A stretch of DNA of 64,000 nt from NCBI RefSeq assembly GCF_009914755.1, contig NC_060942.1; one strand, 5' to 3'. Source of the DNA: the human T2T-CHM13v2.0 reference genome, Homo sapiens. The notes below the pieces were generated by a model, which was not told where the DNA came from, did no database searches, and saw only the letters and a list, made by a program, of their open reading frames with translations. Shown in pieces: positions 15,833-35,061 of this stretch (positions within the stretch are counted from its first letter, which is position 1; each line of letters starts with the position of its first letter). The position numbers were made by a program, and so were the translations under genes.

Positions 15833-16008
15833 CAGGCAAGCAGCTTCCCAGGCCAGCAGCCCGTACAGTGACACCGGGCCCCCCATCAGCACCCTGCACT
15901 TGGTTTAATGCTCTCATGTTGCCGCTGTGACATTCTGAACACTTTTTGAACAAGGGGACCTTCGCTTTCATTTTGCTCTAGACCCCATGAATGGCGTAGC
16001 TGGTCCTG
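15833..16008 (+). mobile_element. MER91A-like hAT MITE
   Basis: cttggtttaatgctct...tttttgaacaagggg...ttcattttgc...gtagctggtcctg resembles the recalled MER91A consensus. Confidence 0.65.
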
Positions 16009-16711
16009 CTCTGCTGGTTCCCTGTTCCCTGCAGAATGAAATCCAGATCCCCTCCACGTCCATCCCCACTGCTGGGTGAACCCCTCTAGGCAGACAACAT
16101 GGCCCAGCCGTCGTCACCCTGAGGTCTGGCACGGTGCCTGGTAGGACTCAGCCAGTATCTGAGGACTAAAGGAAATTTTGTAAAACACCATAAAAAGGCT
16201 TGTTCTGTATCCAGATAAAATGGAAGCTCTTTCTATCCTCTCAAAATATCCCTTTTTCAAACCAAACTCAATTTCCTAGCTAAAAGCCATTATCAAACAC
16301 CAGGCTCACCTCTTGGTTGTACACGCGGGTGTTTATTAAGGCCACCCATAAACTTAAAACACCTTCTTTCAAATCTGACTTCTTTCATTTCTTTTTGTGT
16401 TATTCTTGTAGTGGAGCTTCAGTTTTTGTTAAAGGAAGTCTGTCTCTAATGTACTGTTTCAGCACAAGTTTCTTTTAATTGACTAACTGAACACCCCAGG
16501 GTAAGTGGCTGTCCCAGCCTAAGGAGGATGGGCTGTAGGCTCTTGAATTGTCCTGGTCTCAGGGCAACTTTTCCAGCAAGAGCAAACACAGGGCCTACGG
16601 CCTACAAAAATGTTTTAACTTAAAATTCTTTTGAAATCAGAAGAAGTGATAAATTTGATTCATATATATAATATGTAACATGTAAACCCAGCCTGGATTA
16701 TATTTGTCTCC

Positions 16712-17125
16712 TGCTCTGCTGTGAATGTCCCCACCGAAACTCATGTTGAAACTTAATCCCCAATGTGGCAGGATTGAGGGGTGGAGCCTTTAAGGGGTGA
16801 GTGGGTCACAAGGGCTCTGCCCTCATGAGTGGATTAATCCATTCAAGGATTAATGGGTTAATGGATTATCACGGGAGTGGGACTGGTGACCTTATAAGAA
16901 GAGGAAGAGAGACCTGAGCTAGCATGTTAGCCCGCTCAGCCCCCTCGTGGCGTGATGTCCTGCAGCAACTCTGCAGCATCCCCACTAGCAAGAGGGCCTT
17001 CACCAGATGTGGTTCCTCAACCTGGCACTTCTCAGTCTCCGTAACTGAAAGAAATAAATTCCTTTTCTTTATAAATGACCCAGTTTCAGGTATGCTGATA
17101 TAAGCAACAGAAAACAAACTAAGAC
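16712..17125 (+). mobile_element. MaLR solo LTR (MSTB-like), nested in an older hAT-like MITE (about 16560-17235)
   Basis: aaactcatgttgaaacttaatccccaatgtggca...agaaataaattccttttctttataaatgacccagtttcagg...aactaagaca terminus. Confidence 0.85.
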
Positions 17126-17315
17126 ATCTTCATATCAATGCAATTGCAAAATATATTTGTAATGTTTTTTGGAAGAAAGGTCTTATGAAGGCAAAGATGC
17201 CTCGGGGCCCCAGAAGTCACCATGCAGCTCTGCGTGGTCAGCATTACCTATGTTACTGGACCCCTCACAGCTTCTGCCCTCCGGCTCTATCCACAGCAAG
17301 AAGGTAAGCCAGTTA

Positions 17316-17622
<307 letters not shown>

Positions 17623-19889
17623 TGGTGAGCCAGTTTTGAAGGTTTGGTGACAGTGGGTGGGAAAAGTGCTCTGTGATTTCCCATCCCCCAGAGCAGCCTC
17701 GCGAGAGAACACCACGTTATGATAGTGGCTTCAGGGACACAGGGCTGCTCTGACTGCCAATCCCATGAGGTCGGAGGGCCTTCAGAAAAGCCTGAGGTGG
17801 TCAGGTCAGCGCTCAGCCCAGCCTGGGTGCCATTTCCTTTGGGTTTACACATTGGAGCTGCCCCAGCCCTCCAGGTGAGGCACAGAGTGGGGTGCATACG
17901 CCCCTTCCATGGGACAAATGCCCTCTCATAGCCTGGGGACCCAGGCAGCTCTCAGGAGGAGTCTTTGCTGGCTTGGATTCCTATCAGACAAGCTTAGTTT
18001 GTGCATTTTTTGTTTAGGAAAATTCCTTTTAACCTCTGGATTTGTGACGTCCTGAGAAGTGTGTATTAAACAGAAAAGGTTCTCTGTGCCTCATGAATAC
18101 ATTAATTAGCGCCTCTGTATCCTAGGGCAGCAGGTGCCTTGGGACAGATGTCATTAAACAGCTCTGAGGTCAAGCGCATGGAGCAGATGGTGCACTGGGC
18201 ACAGGGAGGCAGCCCCGTGTCCCTGCAGGGGCCCTGGACAAGCACCTAGGCCATGGGTCAAGGTCTCCGCTCCAGCTCTTCTAGCTGTGGGTACAGGACC
18301 CTTTCCAAGTACTGTCTGGAGGCCAGGTTCTGGGCAACAGATCTTCGTGTACTTTTCATTTTGACCCTCGCCACAATCCTCTGAGAAGGCAGATGAGGAA
18401 ACTGATCTTTCGAGAGGTTGCAGAGACGTGTGCCAAATCGTTCAATGGGTGACCCTCAAGTGGCCTGGTGGCTTCCTGCTTGCTGTCTCCATGTCCTGGG
18501 CAGCTGGCATTCCCAGCACCTCCTGAAACAGCCCACATCTATGCTCAGACTGCCCTGTGCTCTTGCGCCATTTGTCCCTCCCCCTAAAGACTCCCTTTAT
18601 GCCCAATACAAAGGAAGAACAAGGGGGACAGGACCCCTCTCCTCCAGCACAAGCATAGCACAGCCCGCTGTGCAGGCTCTGAGCAGGATGCTGAGAGAAT
18701 GCAGGACAGACCCAGGCACCTGCAGACCCTCCTCCCTGTGAGGTCCCACCTGCCCCACATGACACTGTGCAGTTGCCTGTGCCCCTTAGCATAACCAAGG
18801 TCAGGCACTGGTCCCAAGGGCACACAGGGCCAGAGCTCAGATTTAAACAAAGCTGAGTGATTCTAGAACCTGTGTGTGCCAAAGCACTGCATTCTACCTA
18901 AGTGCTGGGTTTTTTGTTTTTTGTTTTTCGTCTAAAACAGCCTACAGAATCCTGGCCTTGGCTTTCTCACCAGACTTCTGGGAAGGTCAAATGAGATAAT
19001 ATATGCAAAAGCACTCTGTCAGTGAAAAGTGCTCTGTTTCTGGTCTAATAACCCTCCCCAACCCACTCACAGTTCTTCATTTTCAAATTCCTTAGTGAGC
19101 AGTTGGTTTCATTGTCTTAATTTGGGGCAGTAATGATTTCTGAGAAGCAGGTGATTGATAACGCGCAAATTCAAAGCCCCTTGGGGGCTGCATTGTAGCA
19201 TGGTGTGGGGATGGGGAGACAGAGGGCTGGTAGGATCCCGAATTCCTAGTTTTTCTCTTCCTCTCCCTTGCTTCTTCATTTTCTTCCTTCAGGCTTTCTT
19301 CCATTTCTTTCTTCCATCAAATATTTGTGGAGCTGGAACTGGGCTTCACTATCATATTCCAAGGCCCTGTACTGGGAACAGACAAAGAAGCTCCTCCCAG
19401 AGACTGGAAGAATGGTACAAGGTGAGTGGACAGGGAGGTCAGCCGCAACCTGTTATTCTTTCACATGGAAATCTGAAATAGTGGGATCATTCTCTTATTT
19501 TTTTTCAGTTATTCTAAATGTAGACCTCTGTGTGGAGGTGAGATAAGATGGAAAGATGAGGGGATGAGGAGGAAAATGGTAACAGAAAATCATGATTAGT
19601 GACTTTTTCCCCGGAAAATCACTCTGTTGGTTTATCTAGCTGAGCCTTGGGGTCTTTCAAAAGTTGAATCTAGATCCTTAAGTCCAGTGCCTTCCAGAAT
19701 TTCCACCAAGTGGCCCCGGAGGCAGAAGAGAGTGAATTACTGTCCCCAGAGGAGACTCAGACTGAGCATGAAGCTGCTAGACACATGGGAGATTTCTCTG
19801 AAATGTCTTTTGTGATTTAGAAATTAATGTAATTTTGGCATGCTTTTCATAACACAACTGTTTGTTTTAATATAAAAATCAGCCTTCCA

Positions 19890-20178
19890 AGAACACATAG
19901 TGTATGATTCTATTTATATGAAATGTCCCAAACACGCAAACCTGTAGAGATGGAAAGTAGATTCGTGGTTGCCAGGAGCTGGAAGGACTGGGTGGTGGGA
20001 GGTGGCGGCCAAAGGGAATGGGTTTCTCCCGTTTGGGGTAATGGAAATGATCTAAAATTGATGGTGGGGATGCTGGGACAACCCTATGAATACATTAAAA
20101 AGCACTGAATTGTACATTTTCAATGGGTGAATTGTATGAGATGTGAATTATATCTCATAAAGCTGTTTAAGAAAATGA
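19890..20178 (+). mobile_element. L1MB-like 3' end
   Basis: tgtatgattctatttatatgaaatgtcc...gtagattcgtggttgccagg...gtgaattatatctcataaagctgtt. Confidence 0.75.
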
Positions 20179-22501
20179 AAAACTGTTTCTTCCAATCTCC
20201 AAGTAAAATTGGCATTCTGGGAAGATGAGTAACTTTTAGCTTTTTGCCGCTGAGTAATGGGCCTAAATGCACCCATCTGAAAAGCAAGATTCTGGTCCAA
20301 TCCATTAATCTATAGAAACCTGGGAAGGTGATGTGACTTGCCCAAGGCCACACAGAGTAGGAAGAAGAGCCAGGTTTCCTGAGTCCCAGTCCAGGACAAT
20401 GAGGTGCACCTCCACGTGTACTGGGCCTGCCCAGTTGGTTCAGCCACACACGCTCCCTGGCCCGTGTCATTAGCTCTCTTCTATGGGCTTTCTCTGGCTT
20501 GCCACACCCTAGATGTCCTCAAAACAAGTGGCTATGCCTGTAGATCCCTCATGCCCACCTTGAGTGGCAGGAGAAGGCAGGGCCCCACCCATTCCTGCCT
20601 TTGGCCCTGTTGAACCAAAGGCCAGCTCTGCTTTGAGATGCTTTGGGAGTCAGATGCACTGTCTGTTTAATCTTGGAAGAGCCAGTGGTATCTGGATGGA
20701 TTCTCAGCCAGGGCACTTTTATCCTCCCTGCCCGGCATTGGGCAAGCTGTGAAAGTGAGCTTTAGGATCAGACGTGAGGATGGATCATGTAGGAACCTGC
20801 AGCCCCATGTCCTCTCCTTCTCCAAATGACTTCATGCCAGAGGACCCACAGATGTGTCCAGAGAATGGCCCGGCCCCTTCCTGCCACACCAGCCTCCTCA
20901 GTGAGGGGCAGGCTCAGATGGTCTCTGGTAACCTTGGGCCTCCCTTCTGTGTGGTTCTATCTGGTTCTGACATCCAGTCTTCAATGAGCTTCTTACAAAA
21001 AAGTCTTGTGAGATAAGCAAGGTGAATGCTGTTTACTTTCATTTTTCAGGTGTGAAAACCAAGGCTTAAAGCATGCAAGTTATTTGCCCGAGGTTTTTCA
21101 GCCACAAATGAAGAAGCTGGGTCTGCTCCACACCTGTGAACCAGGCTATTTCCACCATAACCTGAACTCAGATGAGCACCAGCCCATGGAGAATAGTCCA
21201 GAAGGCTGCCCATAGCCTTAAAGGACAGTGTGAGCATTAATCACAGCCTGTTGCATTTGAAGACCACCTCCGGAACAATGTCGTTTTAAATCTATGCCCA
21301 AGGCTGAACTTGGATTGGAAAGATGGGAGAGACAGCAGGCCTGGGTGTATTCAGGATTATTTCCTAATAACTCACTCTCTCCTCCCTCCTCCCTTTCTTG
21401 AAAGTGAGTGGTTAGGGATGAGCGGTTGCAGGCAGAGATGACAGCATGAGATATTTCACCAAAGAGTGGGTGTTTAACCACCACTTGTCTAGGAGATGGG
21501 CAACATGTCCCAGAGATGATTCTAACAGGGAACTCTTCCTGGCAGAGTCCAGTGAAGGGAACCAGGAAATTCGGGGGCAGGGCAATCCCACTCTCTCTGT
21601 CAGGTGAGATCACCTGCGCAGTGGTTTGAGTTCAGGCATCTTACTTTCTTTTAGTTAGATTCATAGGATTAAAAATTATCTGCTTATCTAGTCCAATATT
21701 TTTAAGGCATGTCAAAAAATCTGCAGAATCCCCCCCCCCTTTTTTTTCATAAGAAATAAACATACATAAATCTGAGAAAAAGCAGAGCTGGAAAAAAAGT
21801 GGGGGCATCTCGGAGGATGAACTACCTGGAGCCCCATTCTGGCAGCTCTTGAGAATTCTGGAATTCCTCTGGAAACTACTGATTTAGTTTCTCATTTCCA
21901 TTTGAGAAAACAAAATATAATAATAGCGATCAAGGTTATATTTTATGGAAGTCTCACTGTGTATGCGTCTTTTTATTCTTACAGCAGCCTCACAAAATGA
22001 GTGTTATATTCTGGATTATCAGAAGAGAAATGTGAGATGCAGGCAGGTTGAGAAAATTGCTCCAAGTCACTTCGGGAATGTGTGCATGGACAAGGTAGGT
22101 CCACCTGGGATTGTTCAGCTGCAAGATCAACACAGGGCCAAGTCAGAAAACACAGATTTCCCATCAAACCTGGGTTCTGTGAAAATAAGATCTTAATGGA
22201 AACTCAATGTAAATGTGTTTTTCTACCTCTAAAAGAGCCACCTTTCCTTGACACCTACTTTGAACAGCAGAAGGGCCTTGACTGGTGAGATTCTGTAATG
22301 TATGTGGCTTTTGGTATCCTAGAGGAGATGTCGGCAGTTTGCCCTCATTGAGAAAAAAAGTCAGGCCAAGTCCCCAAAGTCACCTTGAAGCTGCATGCAT
22401 CTATCCCTGATTCAGATTCATGTTGTGGCTTAGAAATGACTTCAACCTAGTAGCTGGCATTTAGGCAGGAAAATCAGCATCATAGAAAGTTAGGAACTTT
22501 G

Positions 22502-23024
<523 letters not shown>

Positions 23025-23096
23025 CTATCCATGAGAACTTACTGTATGCCAGATACTGTACTGGGGGTATGGGATACACAGATAAACAAAACATAT

Positions 23097-23262
23097 GGCC
23101 GGGGTGCTTGGTGGCTCATGCTGTAATCCCAGCACTTTGTGAGGCTGAGATGGGAGGATCATTGAGGCCAGGAGTTTGAGACCAGCCAGGACAACATAGC
23201 GAGACCCTCCATCTGTAAAAATTACAAAAAAAACACAACTAAATAAAACAAAAAAAAAAAAC
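23097..23262 (+). mobile_element. FLAM/AluJ monomer
   Basis: Single arm plus A-rich tail; TSD caaaacatat. Confidence 0.85.
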
Positions 23263-23324
23263 CAAAACATATGAAGATGCCTGTCCCTGTGGAGCTCACA
23301 GCTAGTAAGGTGAGCTAGACATCA

Positions 23325-23676
<352 letters not shown>

Positions 23677-24189
23677 TTATTCAGATGATGGTTACACGAA
23701 AAGCCCAGACTTCACCAAAAGCAGTATATCTATGTAACAAAACTGTACTTGTACCACATAAAGCTATACAAATTAATAATAATAATGGTCTTCAAGGTTT
23801 GTTGAGTATGCAATCCAGGAGTGTAAAGTTTTTGACAACATTCCTCCAATGTAAATCTAATTGTTTCTAAATTATCTACATGTGCTTCTATAGTATTATA
23901 TATGTTTAAATATACCCCCAAAATAGAAAGTATTAATATATATAAATAGAAGTTGTAATTTGCTTTCCTCTCTCAGTTGGACTATGTTATAAATAGGTCT
24001 GGAGCACTCACTTTGGAGAGCTCTGGACCAGGCAGCCACCCCACGAGCTGGGACATTAAGGAGTCCTGAGAACAGATGTTTAGTTTTAGGATAAAAGAGA
24101 ACTGAGCTCCACTCCTCTTTTCTTCTATCATTGCTTCATTGAATTTTAAAAATTGTAAAATACACATAACATAGATTTTACCATTTTAA

Positions 24190-24576
<387 letters not shown>

Positions 24577-24846
24577 TCTCCAGAACTTTTTTATCTTCTA
24601 AACTGAAACTTTGTACTCTGTACAGAAGTACTCCCCATGCTTCCTTCAGCCCCTGGCAACCACCTGTCTACTTTCTGTCTCTATGAATTTGGTTGCTCAA
24701 GGTCTGTGTCTATATTCTAGGCCTATTATTAGTTTTAAGCTCCTATGATGCTCCAAGTAGAGCTTTGGCATTTAGGATTCAGTGGTGAGCAAAGCAAATG
24801 AGGATTCTACCCTCCAACCTGCCTCAGTCTGCTTTAACTAACTTTA

Positions 24847-25150
24847 TGTGTTTTGGTTTTTTGTTTTTTTGAAACGGAGTCTTTCTCTGCTGCCCAGGCT
24901 GGAGTGCAGTGGTGTAAACTCGGCTCACTGCAACTTTGCCTCCCAGGTTCAAGCAATTCTCGTGCCTCAACCTCTGAGTAGCTGGGACTACAGGTGCACG
25001 CCACCATGCCCGGCTAATTTTTGTATTTTTTAGTAGAGATGGGGTTTCTCCATGTTGGCCCAGCTGGCCTTGAACTCCTGGCCTCAGGTGATCCTCCCAC
25101 CTTGGCCTTCCAAAGTGCTGGATTACAGGCGTGAGCCACCATGCCTAGTC
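24847..25150 (-). mobile_element. AluS
   Basis: TSD tgctttaactaacttta. Confidence 0.92.
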
Positions 25151-25336
25151 TGCTTTAACTAACTTTAACTAGCCTAACCTAGTACTGCTTTAGGTTAGTC
25201 TTTGGAGAGGCAAGGAGGTGGGCTATATCCAAGCTTGTGACAAAATGTGATAGATTTGGTGAGAGCCACAGCAGATGAGAGAAGAGGGGATGGGAGAGTT
25301 GAGACTGGAATTGAGTGAGATATAAAAAGTGACTAT

Positions 25337-25622
25337 GGTCCTGGTGCAGTGGCTCATGCCTGTAATCCCAGCACTTTGGAAGGCTGAGGCAGGCAGATCA
25401 TGAGGTCAAGAGTTCGAGACCGGCCTGACCAACATGGTGAAACCCCGTCTCTACTAAAAATACAAAAATCAGCCAGGCATGGTGGCATGCACCTGTAATC
25501 CCAGCTACTCAGAAGGCTGAGGCAGGAGAATTGCTTGAACCTGGGCGGAGGTTGTGGTGAGCTGAGATCGCGCCACTACACAGCCTGGGCGACAGAGCGA
25601 GACTCCATCTCAAAAAAAAAGA
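25337..25622 (+). mobile_element. AluS
   Basis: TSD aaaagtgactat. Confidence 0.92.
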
Positions 25623-26249
25623 AAAGTGACTATGGGGAAAGATAAATATCCAGGGAATTCCTCAGAACTTGGGGGAGAGATGGGACTTCCTGCACTATGA
25701 AGATTGGGGTTGTATTTATTTCAATTGAATGCTATAGGAAAAGATGATCCCAAAAGTGCGTTCCCTGATGGACATAGGAACATTAGGGTGTCATCAGTAT
25801 TCATAACCTTGGAATGACTCAGGACTCAGAGCCTGGGAGGATCAGGTTTCAGGCTGGGAGGAGAGAATATGAGAGGGAGAGGCTGTGCTTCCCAGGCTAA
25901 AGCTTCGTTGCATGGCTGACAGCCTGCCCACACTGGAGTGGATTACACACTCTGCTCCCTTCTGCCTGCCTTTACCTTGGGATAACATATACATTTCCAA
26001 TTACAGGGCTGGTTAAAAATCAATACGAAGGTGGGAGAAAACAGATCATTTTTCTTATGGAAGTAACTGTTTTCATTAATTTTTCATTAGTGCTGCCTTT
26101 GTTTTGCTATCCATCACTGGCAGAGCTGTGGCCTGCATTTCAGCTAGTGTGCGTGTTTCTTGGATTCAGGAGATACTGATTGATAAAGCCAGCAGTTTAA
26201 TGTTCATGACTACTGATTGTGGAACAGGTTTAGGCGACTGGTTTTTAAA

Positions 26250-28102
<1,853 letters not shown>

Positions 28103-29529
28103 GTAGGTGACTGTTTAAAGATCACTGTGTTTGTCAAAATGTGCTTAAAAGCATCATGTTTCCACTCACCAAAGCTTAGTCCATATTCTGTTGTGGAAAT
28201 TCTGTTTGTAGGCTAAGTATGTGTTGAGATTGCATCGTATTTATCTTCAGGGGTGTATTGAAGCCAAACTCCTCACGGATACTTTTGATGTTGATTGTTT
28301 TTACAGGTCCATTTGGCTGGTGCTCTTCACTAAGGGAAGCCAGATTTGTACCCCTGAGCTCCCCATCTTGGATAGGGAGCAGGGGGAGAGAGTTTCTTGC
28401 GTCTCTGTGCATGTGCTTGCCTGTGCTTTCAGTGGGGTGATTCTATCCCTAAACCCTTCCCTTCAGTTCTCTGACCTCAGCCTGCCCCATTCTCTCAGAG
28501 GCTTAAGGAAGACTTCTCAACTCCTCACCTTAGCAGGATTGCTTGAGTTCTGCTTGTGCCGTCAGTAAACCTTCTCCCCTCTTTCGTACTCTGGTACTCA
28601 TCTCTAGTGTGTCATCTACTCATGTGAGTCTCACCTCACCAACCTTAAGTTATCTGAAAACAGGGATAGTGGCTTTTTCTTTTTGGATTTTCAGCACCTA
28701 ACAGCACCTGGCCAGTGATAAGTGATTGACGAATGTTTATTAAATGAAGATACAACTGGAAGTCATTCATTTGTTTTGAGTAAGCAAGGGTCAGAGCCTT
28801 CATTAGCAGTGATGGGAGTCAATGGTGGGAAGTGATGCAGGGTCGTGCATTTGAGGAGGCTCTGACACCACCCCAGTTGACTTATTCTATTGATGTAAAG
28901 GAACTATGTGCTGATTCCAGCTCTGTGACTAATTAACCGTGTAACCATGAATAAGTCACTAACACTGTGTCCTCATCTATAAAAGGGGGTTGTCCCAGAT
29001 CTAACATCCTTGGCCCAAGAACATCTACCATTGGAAAAGTATTCTCCTATATTCTTACTCCTCCAGCTGAAATGATGGACGAGCCTTCTGAGGTCAGCTC
29101 CCTCGGCTGGCTACTGCCATCCTTCTGCTGGCCATGGAACTGGCTCTCCCTCCTTCTCAGGCATTAGGGCTTAGGGGCTTCTCTGGAGCTAGGACTGCAT
29201 CTGTGTTTGTTAACTGAGCCCCTCAGCCTGCTCCTTGGCCTTCCTCCATCGTACCTCTGACTCTTTCTTGTTTTCTAAAGTTCATTTACATATGACTTCA
29301 TTTTGGACTGCCACCCTCATATAAGACACTTTCCTCACCTCAGAAAATTCCTCTAACTCCTTTCACGAGCTTACCATGCTCTCACTCCTGTACCCTAGTA
29401 ATATCTATTCTGACTCCTATTATTGGAAATTAGTACTTCTGGAACTTTATATAAATGGAACTGTACAGTATATATTTCTTTGGTAGTTTGATTTTTCATT
29501 AAATGTAATTTGTTTTACTAAATAAAAGT

Positions 29530-30708
<1,179 letters not shown>

Positions 30709-30919
30709 TCAACATAATTTTTGAGACTCATTCATGTCACTGCATATATCTGTAGTTGATTCTGAGTTGTATTTTGTTGTTTAAATAAACTACAATTTGT
30801 TTATTGATACTCTTGTTGGAGGACATTGAGTTGTTTCTGGTTTTGGCCCCTTTGTATTTCTAACTTCTTTTACATTTAGCCATTTCCCCTTAATTTCTAA
30901 ATTTAATAACATCATTTGG

Positions 30920-31115
30920 AAATTCATCCCTACTTACTAGCTGTGTGATATTGAGCAGGTTACTTTAGGCCCTCTGAATTACGGTTTTCTCATTTGTAAA
31001 ATGGGATAATAATAGTATCTTTTTCATAAGATTGTTTTGAGTATCAGGTGGGATTACGTATTGAAGCACTTAGGATATTGCCTGGAATATAATAAGCACT
31101 CTATAAAGGTTTGCT
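30920..31115 (+). mobile_element. MIR
   Basis: acttactagctgtgtgatattgagcaggttactt...ctcatttgtaaaatgggataataatag. Confidence 0.75.
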
Positions 31116-31569
31116 ATTATTTAGGAAGAACAACTGAACTGTTGTGAGGATTAAATGGGTCACACACTATTAATACCCACACAGCTGTGATGCAAGGGTT
31201 ACCCAAGGAGGGTGGAGTTTGAACCTCATTCTTACTGCTCACATCCCTTCTTACAAACATCATGCGGACTCCCTTGTAACCCTGGTGTTCATGCTTTTTA
31301 CTGCAAGAATATGAGGTGATATGAATCCATATGGCCATTTTCAAATACTCAAACTGAAAGAAAAATTCTCACCCTAACTTGCTGAGATTGTACCCTCTGC
31401 AAATACAATGTTAGGAAGTGCTGGAGTAGAAAATATTTCTAATCATTTTGGATATCTATAGAATGTAGGAAATAATCATTATATTCAATGATTCATGTTA
31501 AGGCATGCTATTTTAATAAAGTGAAAAGTTTAAAAAGAGGGGAAAGGCTCCATATATCTCACTCTGCCA

Positions 31570-33050
31570 TTCCCTCTGGTGACTGTCATGTCTCTTTTCC
31601 TTCACAATAAAAGAAGAGTCTGCAATTGCTGTCTTCTCCTCCTGGCTTTGATTTACTTCTCAGCCTGCTGCAGTCTGGCTCCGGATCCCAGAACACCACA
31701 GTCGCCTTCTCTAGGGTTGGCAGTGGCTTTGGAATTGCCACACCTAATCTACGTGTTTCCGCTCTATCCCTATCTGACCTTTCTTGGGTGTTGGACATTC
31801 TCATTCTCTCCTTGAAACTCTCTCCTTTCCAATTTCCCACACTATTTTAGGTAGGTTTTCCTCCTCCTTCTTTGCTGTTCCTTCTGGGTCTCCACCCACC
31901 TCTCCTGTTGGAGGCATCTCCAGGTGCATGTCCAGTCTGTCCACTCTCCCTGGGCGTCCTCAGCCTTTCCTTGTCAGTTATCACTCCAAATCCCCATGTT
32001 TAATCTCGGCTCCTCCCTGCAGTGCCTGTGGCTTGCTGCCCCCATCTCTGGACATGCAGTTATCCACAGCCATCTCCTGAGCCGCACACCTCAACTAAAT
32101 TCCGTGGAGAGTTCTCACTGCCTGCCCCACAAATGCAAGCTTCCTCTTGACCTCCATTCCCTCTTTTTCCTAAGGGCTCTCAACCCTTGGGGAGCCTGAG
32201 GTGGAAACTTTGGAATTATTTTGACTGTTTTCTCTCCTTCACCACCCACATGTAATTGCTCATCAAATTCTGTTGTTTGTACCTTGGAAATATCTCATGA
32301 TATTCACCGCCTCTTCTCCCTCCCAATTGCTTTCATTTATCGTGGCTCCACAGGACAGCTGGAATCATCTCCTGATTGATCTCTTCTTCAGGCTCTGCAA
32401 GCTCCACTTCCTTCTCCACTTTCCCACAAATATAGTGTTTCTTAAAAGCAAATCTGGTTGCATCACACTGCTGTTTGAAAATGCCAATGATTCCTTGTTG
32501 TCTATGACTCATTCCCACACTGGGTCCTCAGGGCCACCTGGATGTAGACTTTTGGGTCCCACCGTAACGACTCTGAATCAGTCTGTGGGGCTTGAAAAGC
32601 GGCATTCAGGAGGGCCCCCATCCTAACTTCTCCTGATGCTGGGTGTCCCTGCTCTTTTCCTTGCCTGGCCCTGCCCCACAGGGAACTTGGCTATTCTTCC
32701 TGTACTCAGCATCGTGCTTTTCAGGTGTCTGTCTTTGCACAGGCTACTGTCCCTGCCTGAAACACCCTTTGCTTCCCACTTTCCTCCTCTTGTCTTCCTG
32801 GTGGGCTCATCCTGTAAGATTCTGCTCCTGCCCCAGCTCTGTGAGACCTTCCCTGGATTCCCCAGGATGAGCTAGTAGTTTGTTCCTGCCTCATGTTCCC
32901 AGAGCAGGCTGAACAGCCGTGTCAGGCAGGGCATCTATCAACTCTGCTGTGGTTGTTTCCCACTGGCCTCCCCTTGCTGGGAGCGCGCCCCTCCAAGGCA
33001 GGGCACTGTCTCCTGGCTGCCTCCCGCAGCCAGGCAGTACATGAATGAGC
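31570..33050. mobile_element. L2 remnants
   Basis: Long C/T-rich degenerate L2-like tract, e.g. cttaaaagcaaatctggttgcatcacactgctgtttgaaa. Confidence 0.5.
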
Positions 33051-33595
33051 CTCCCTGCTTCTTTCTGTCTTATTTTAAGCACTGCTTGTCAGCTAGCGTG
33101 ATGGGCAGAGCTAATAGTAAGTGTGTTGTTTTGCAAATGTTGCTTTAGTTAGGACCTCTAGCTTCTCTGAGTCAGTTTTGAAACATTTTATTTCACTTAC
33201 TTTTTTATTTCAGTAGAAGAAAATTAAGGAGGGGTTGAGGAGGGGCAACAGGAAGGATAATTCAGAGCCTCCCTTGGGCGCCTTGTCAACCCTGTGCCCA
33301 TCAGTGCTGTATTACCTGGGCATAATGAGAAACTTCCCTATTTCACTGTAAGGAACTTCCAAGGTGAAAAGCTTCACTGAGGTAGTCCTCCTGGTTTCTA
33401 GGAGATAACATTCATTTCTTCAACTAGCCGGGCGCTGCAGCCTGCCTGATCTTTGTAGCCTGGGGAGGCCTCACTGCCTGGGAAAGGTGACGTCTGGAAG
33501 AGAAGAGCTGTCTGGAAAGACAATGGCAGGGTCAAGTGCCCCTTTGGAGAGTGTGGTGGGACAAGCCAGGAGTGAACATTTCTTATCGGGGGCTA

Positions 33596-33956
<361 letters not shown>

Positions 33957-34129
33957 TTGTAGTTGACCTTGGTTTTATTTTCCCGCTCACAAGGAAGCAG
34001 GAAGATCCCAAGGAAAAAGAAGCAGCATGAAAAATGACAAGAAGACTACAACAGAAGTTTCTAGGAACTTTGCACACACAGAAGAGGATTCTTTTAGTTT
34101 TAGTCAGGATAGGAAAAGGACAAAATAAA

Positions 34130-34340
34130 AGTGAACATTTATTGAGCCAGGCCCTGTCTTCTACTTGTGTTAATTCGTTTGCTCAGATCCTCGCAGGAGC
34201 TCTGTGAGGTAGGCACTGATGTGATTCCCAGTTTTTAGATGAGGACTGTGAGGGACAGAGAAGTTCCCTAACTTTCCCAAGGTCACACAGCCAGTAAGCA
34301 GGAGACAGGGATCTGAACCAACACTGGTAGCCATGGCGCC
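34130..34340 (-). mobile_element. MIR
   Basis: cccagtttttagatgaggactgtgagggacagag...aactttcccaaggtcacacagccagtaag. Confidence 0.75.
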
Positions 34341-34770
34341 ACAGCTTAGAGCAGTCAGTGTAATGTGACTGGTGGCCAAGACAAGGCAGACACACGTCAC
34401 TGCTGTTTTATTTCTGCCTTCCTCATCTCAGAGAATGGACTTCAAATTGGAAAGGGTGGAACAAAGTATGGAAGGAACTGGACCTCAGGACAGGGGCAGA
34501 GTGTGGGCTGGCCCCTGGTGGCTTACCTGAATTGGAGCTTCTCGGTTTAGATGAAATACATTTCCAGATAAGGACAGACCTGTAGATGTGTTAACTACTG
34601 AGATTTCCCGGAGAAAGTGGAAGAGTGGCAATGGAATATCAGTAACAATAAAAAATCAGTAACTAGGAACAAAATCAACAATGTTCCTAGTTATCTAAAA
34701 GGGTACAAAAACATCTAAAATCAACTATTAATGGCACCTTTTCTGCATTATGTATTAGGTGGAATTTTTA

Positions 34771-35061
34771 CTTTTATTTTTAGACAGAAGCTTGCTCTGT
34801 CACCCAGGCTGGAGTGTGGTGGTGTGATCTTGGCTCACTGCAACCTCCACCTCCTGGTTCAAGTGATCCTTGTGCCTCAGCCTCCCAAGTAGCTGGGATT
34901 ACAGGCATACGCCAACACACCCAGCTAATTTTTGTATTTTTTCTAGAGACGGGGTTTTGACATGTTGGCCAGGCTGCTAGCAAACTCCTGGACTTAAGTG
35001 ATCCGCCCACCTGGGCCTCCCAAAGTGCTGAGATTACAGGCATGAACCACCGTGCCCTGCT
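34771..35061 (-). mobile_element. AluS/J
   Basis: TSD ggtggaattttt. Confidence 0.92.

Noticed and set aside
18356-18882. Overlapping ORFs up to 146 aa
   Set aside because: No homology recognised, alternative start codons, no supporting splice structure.
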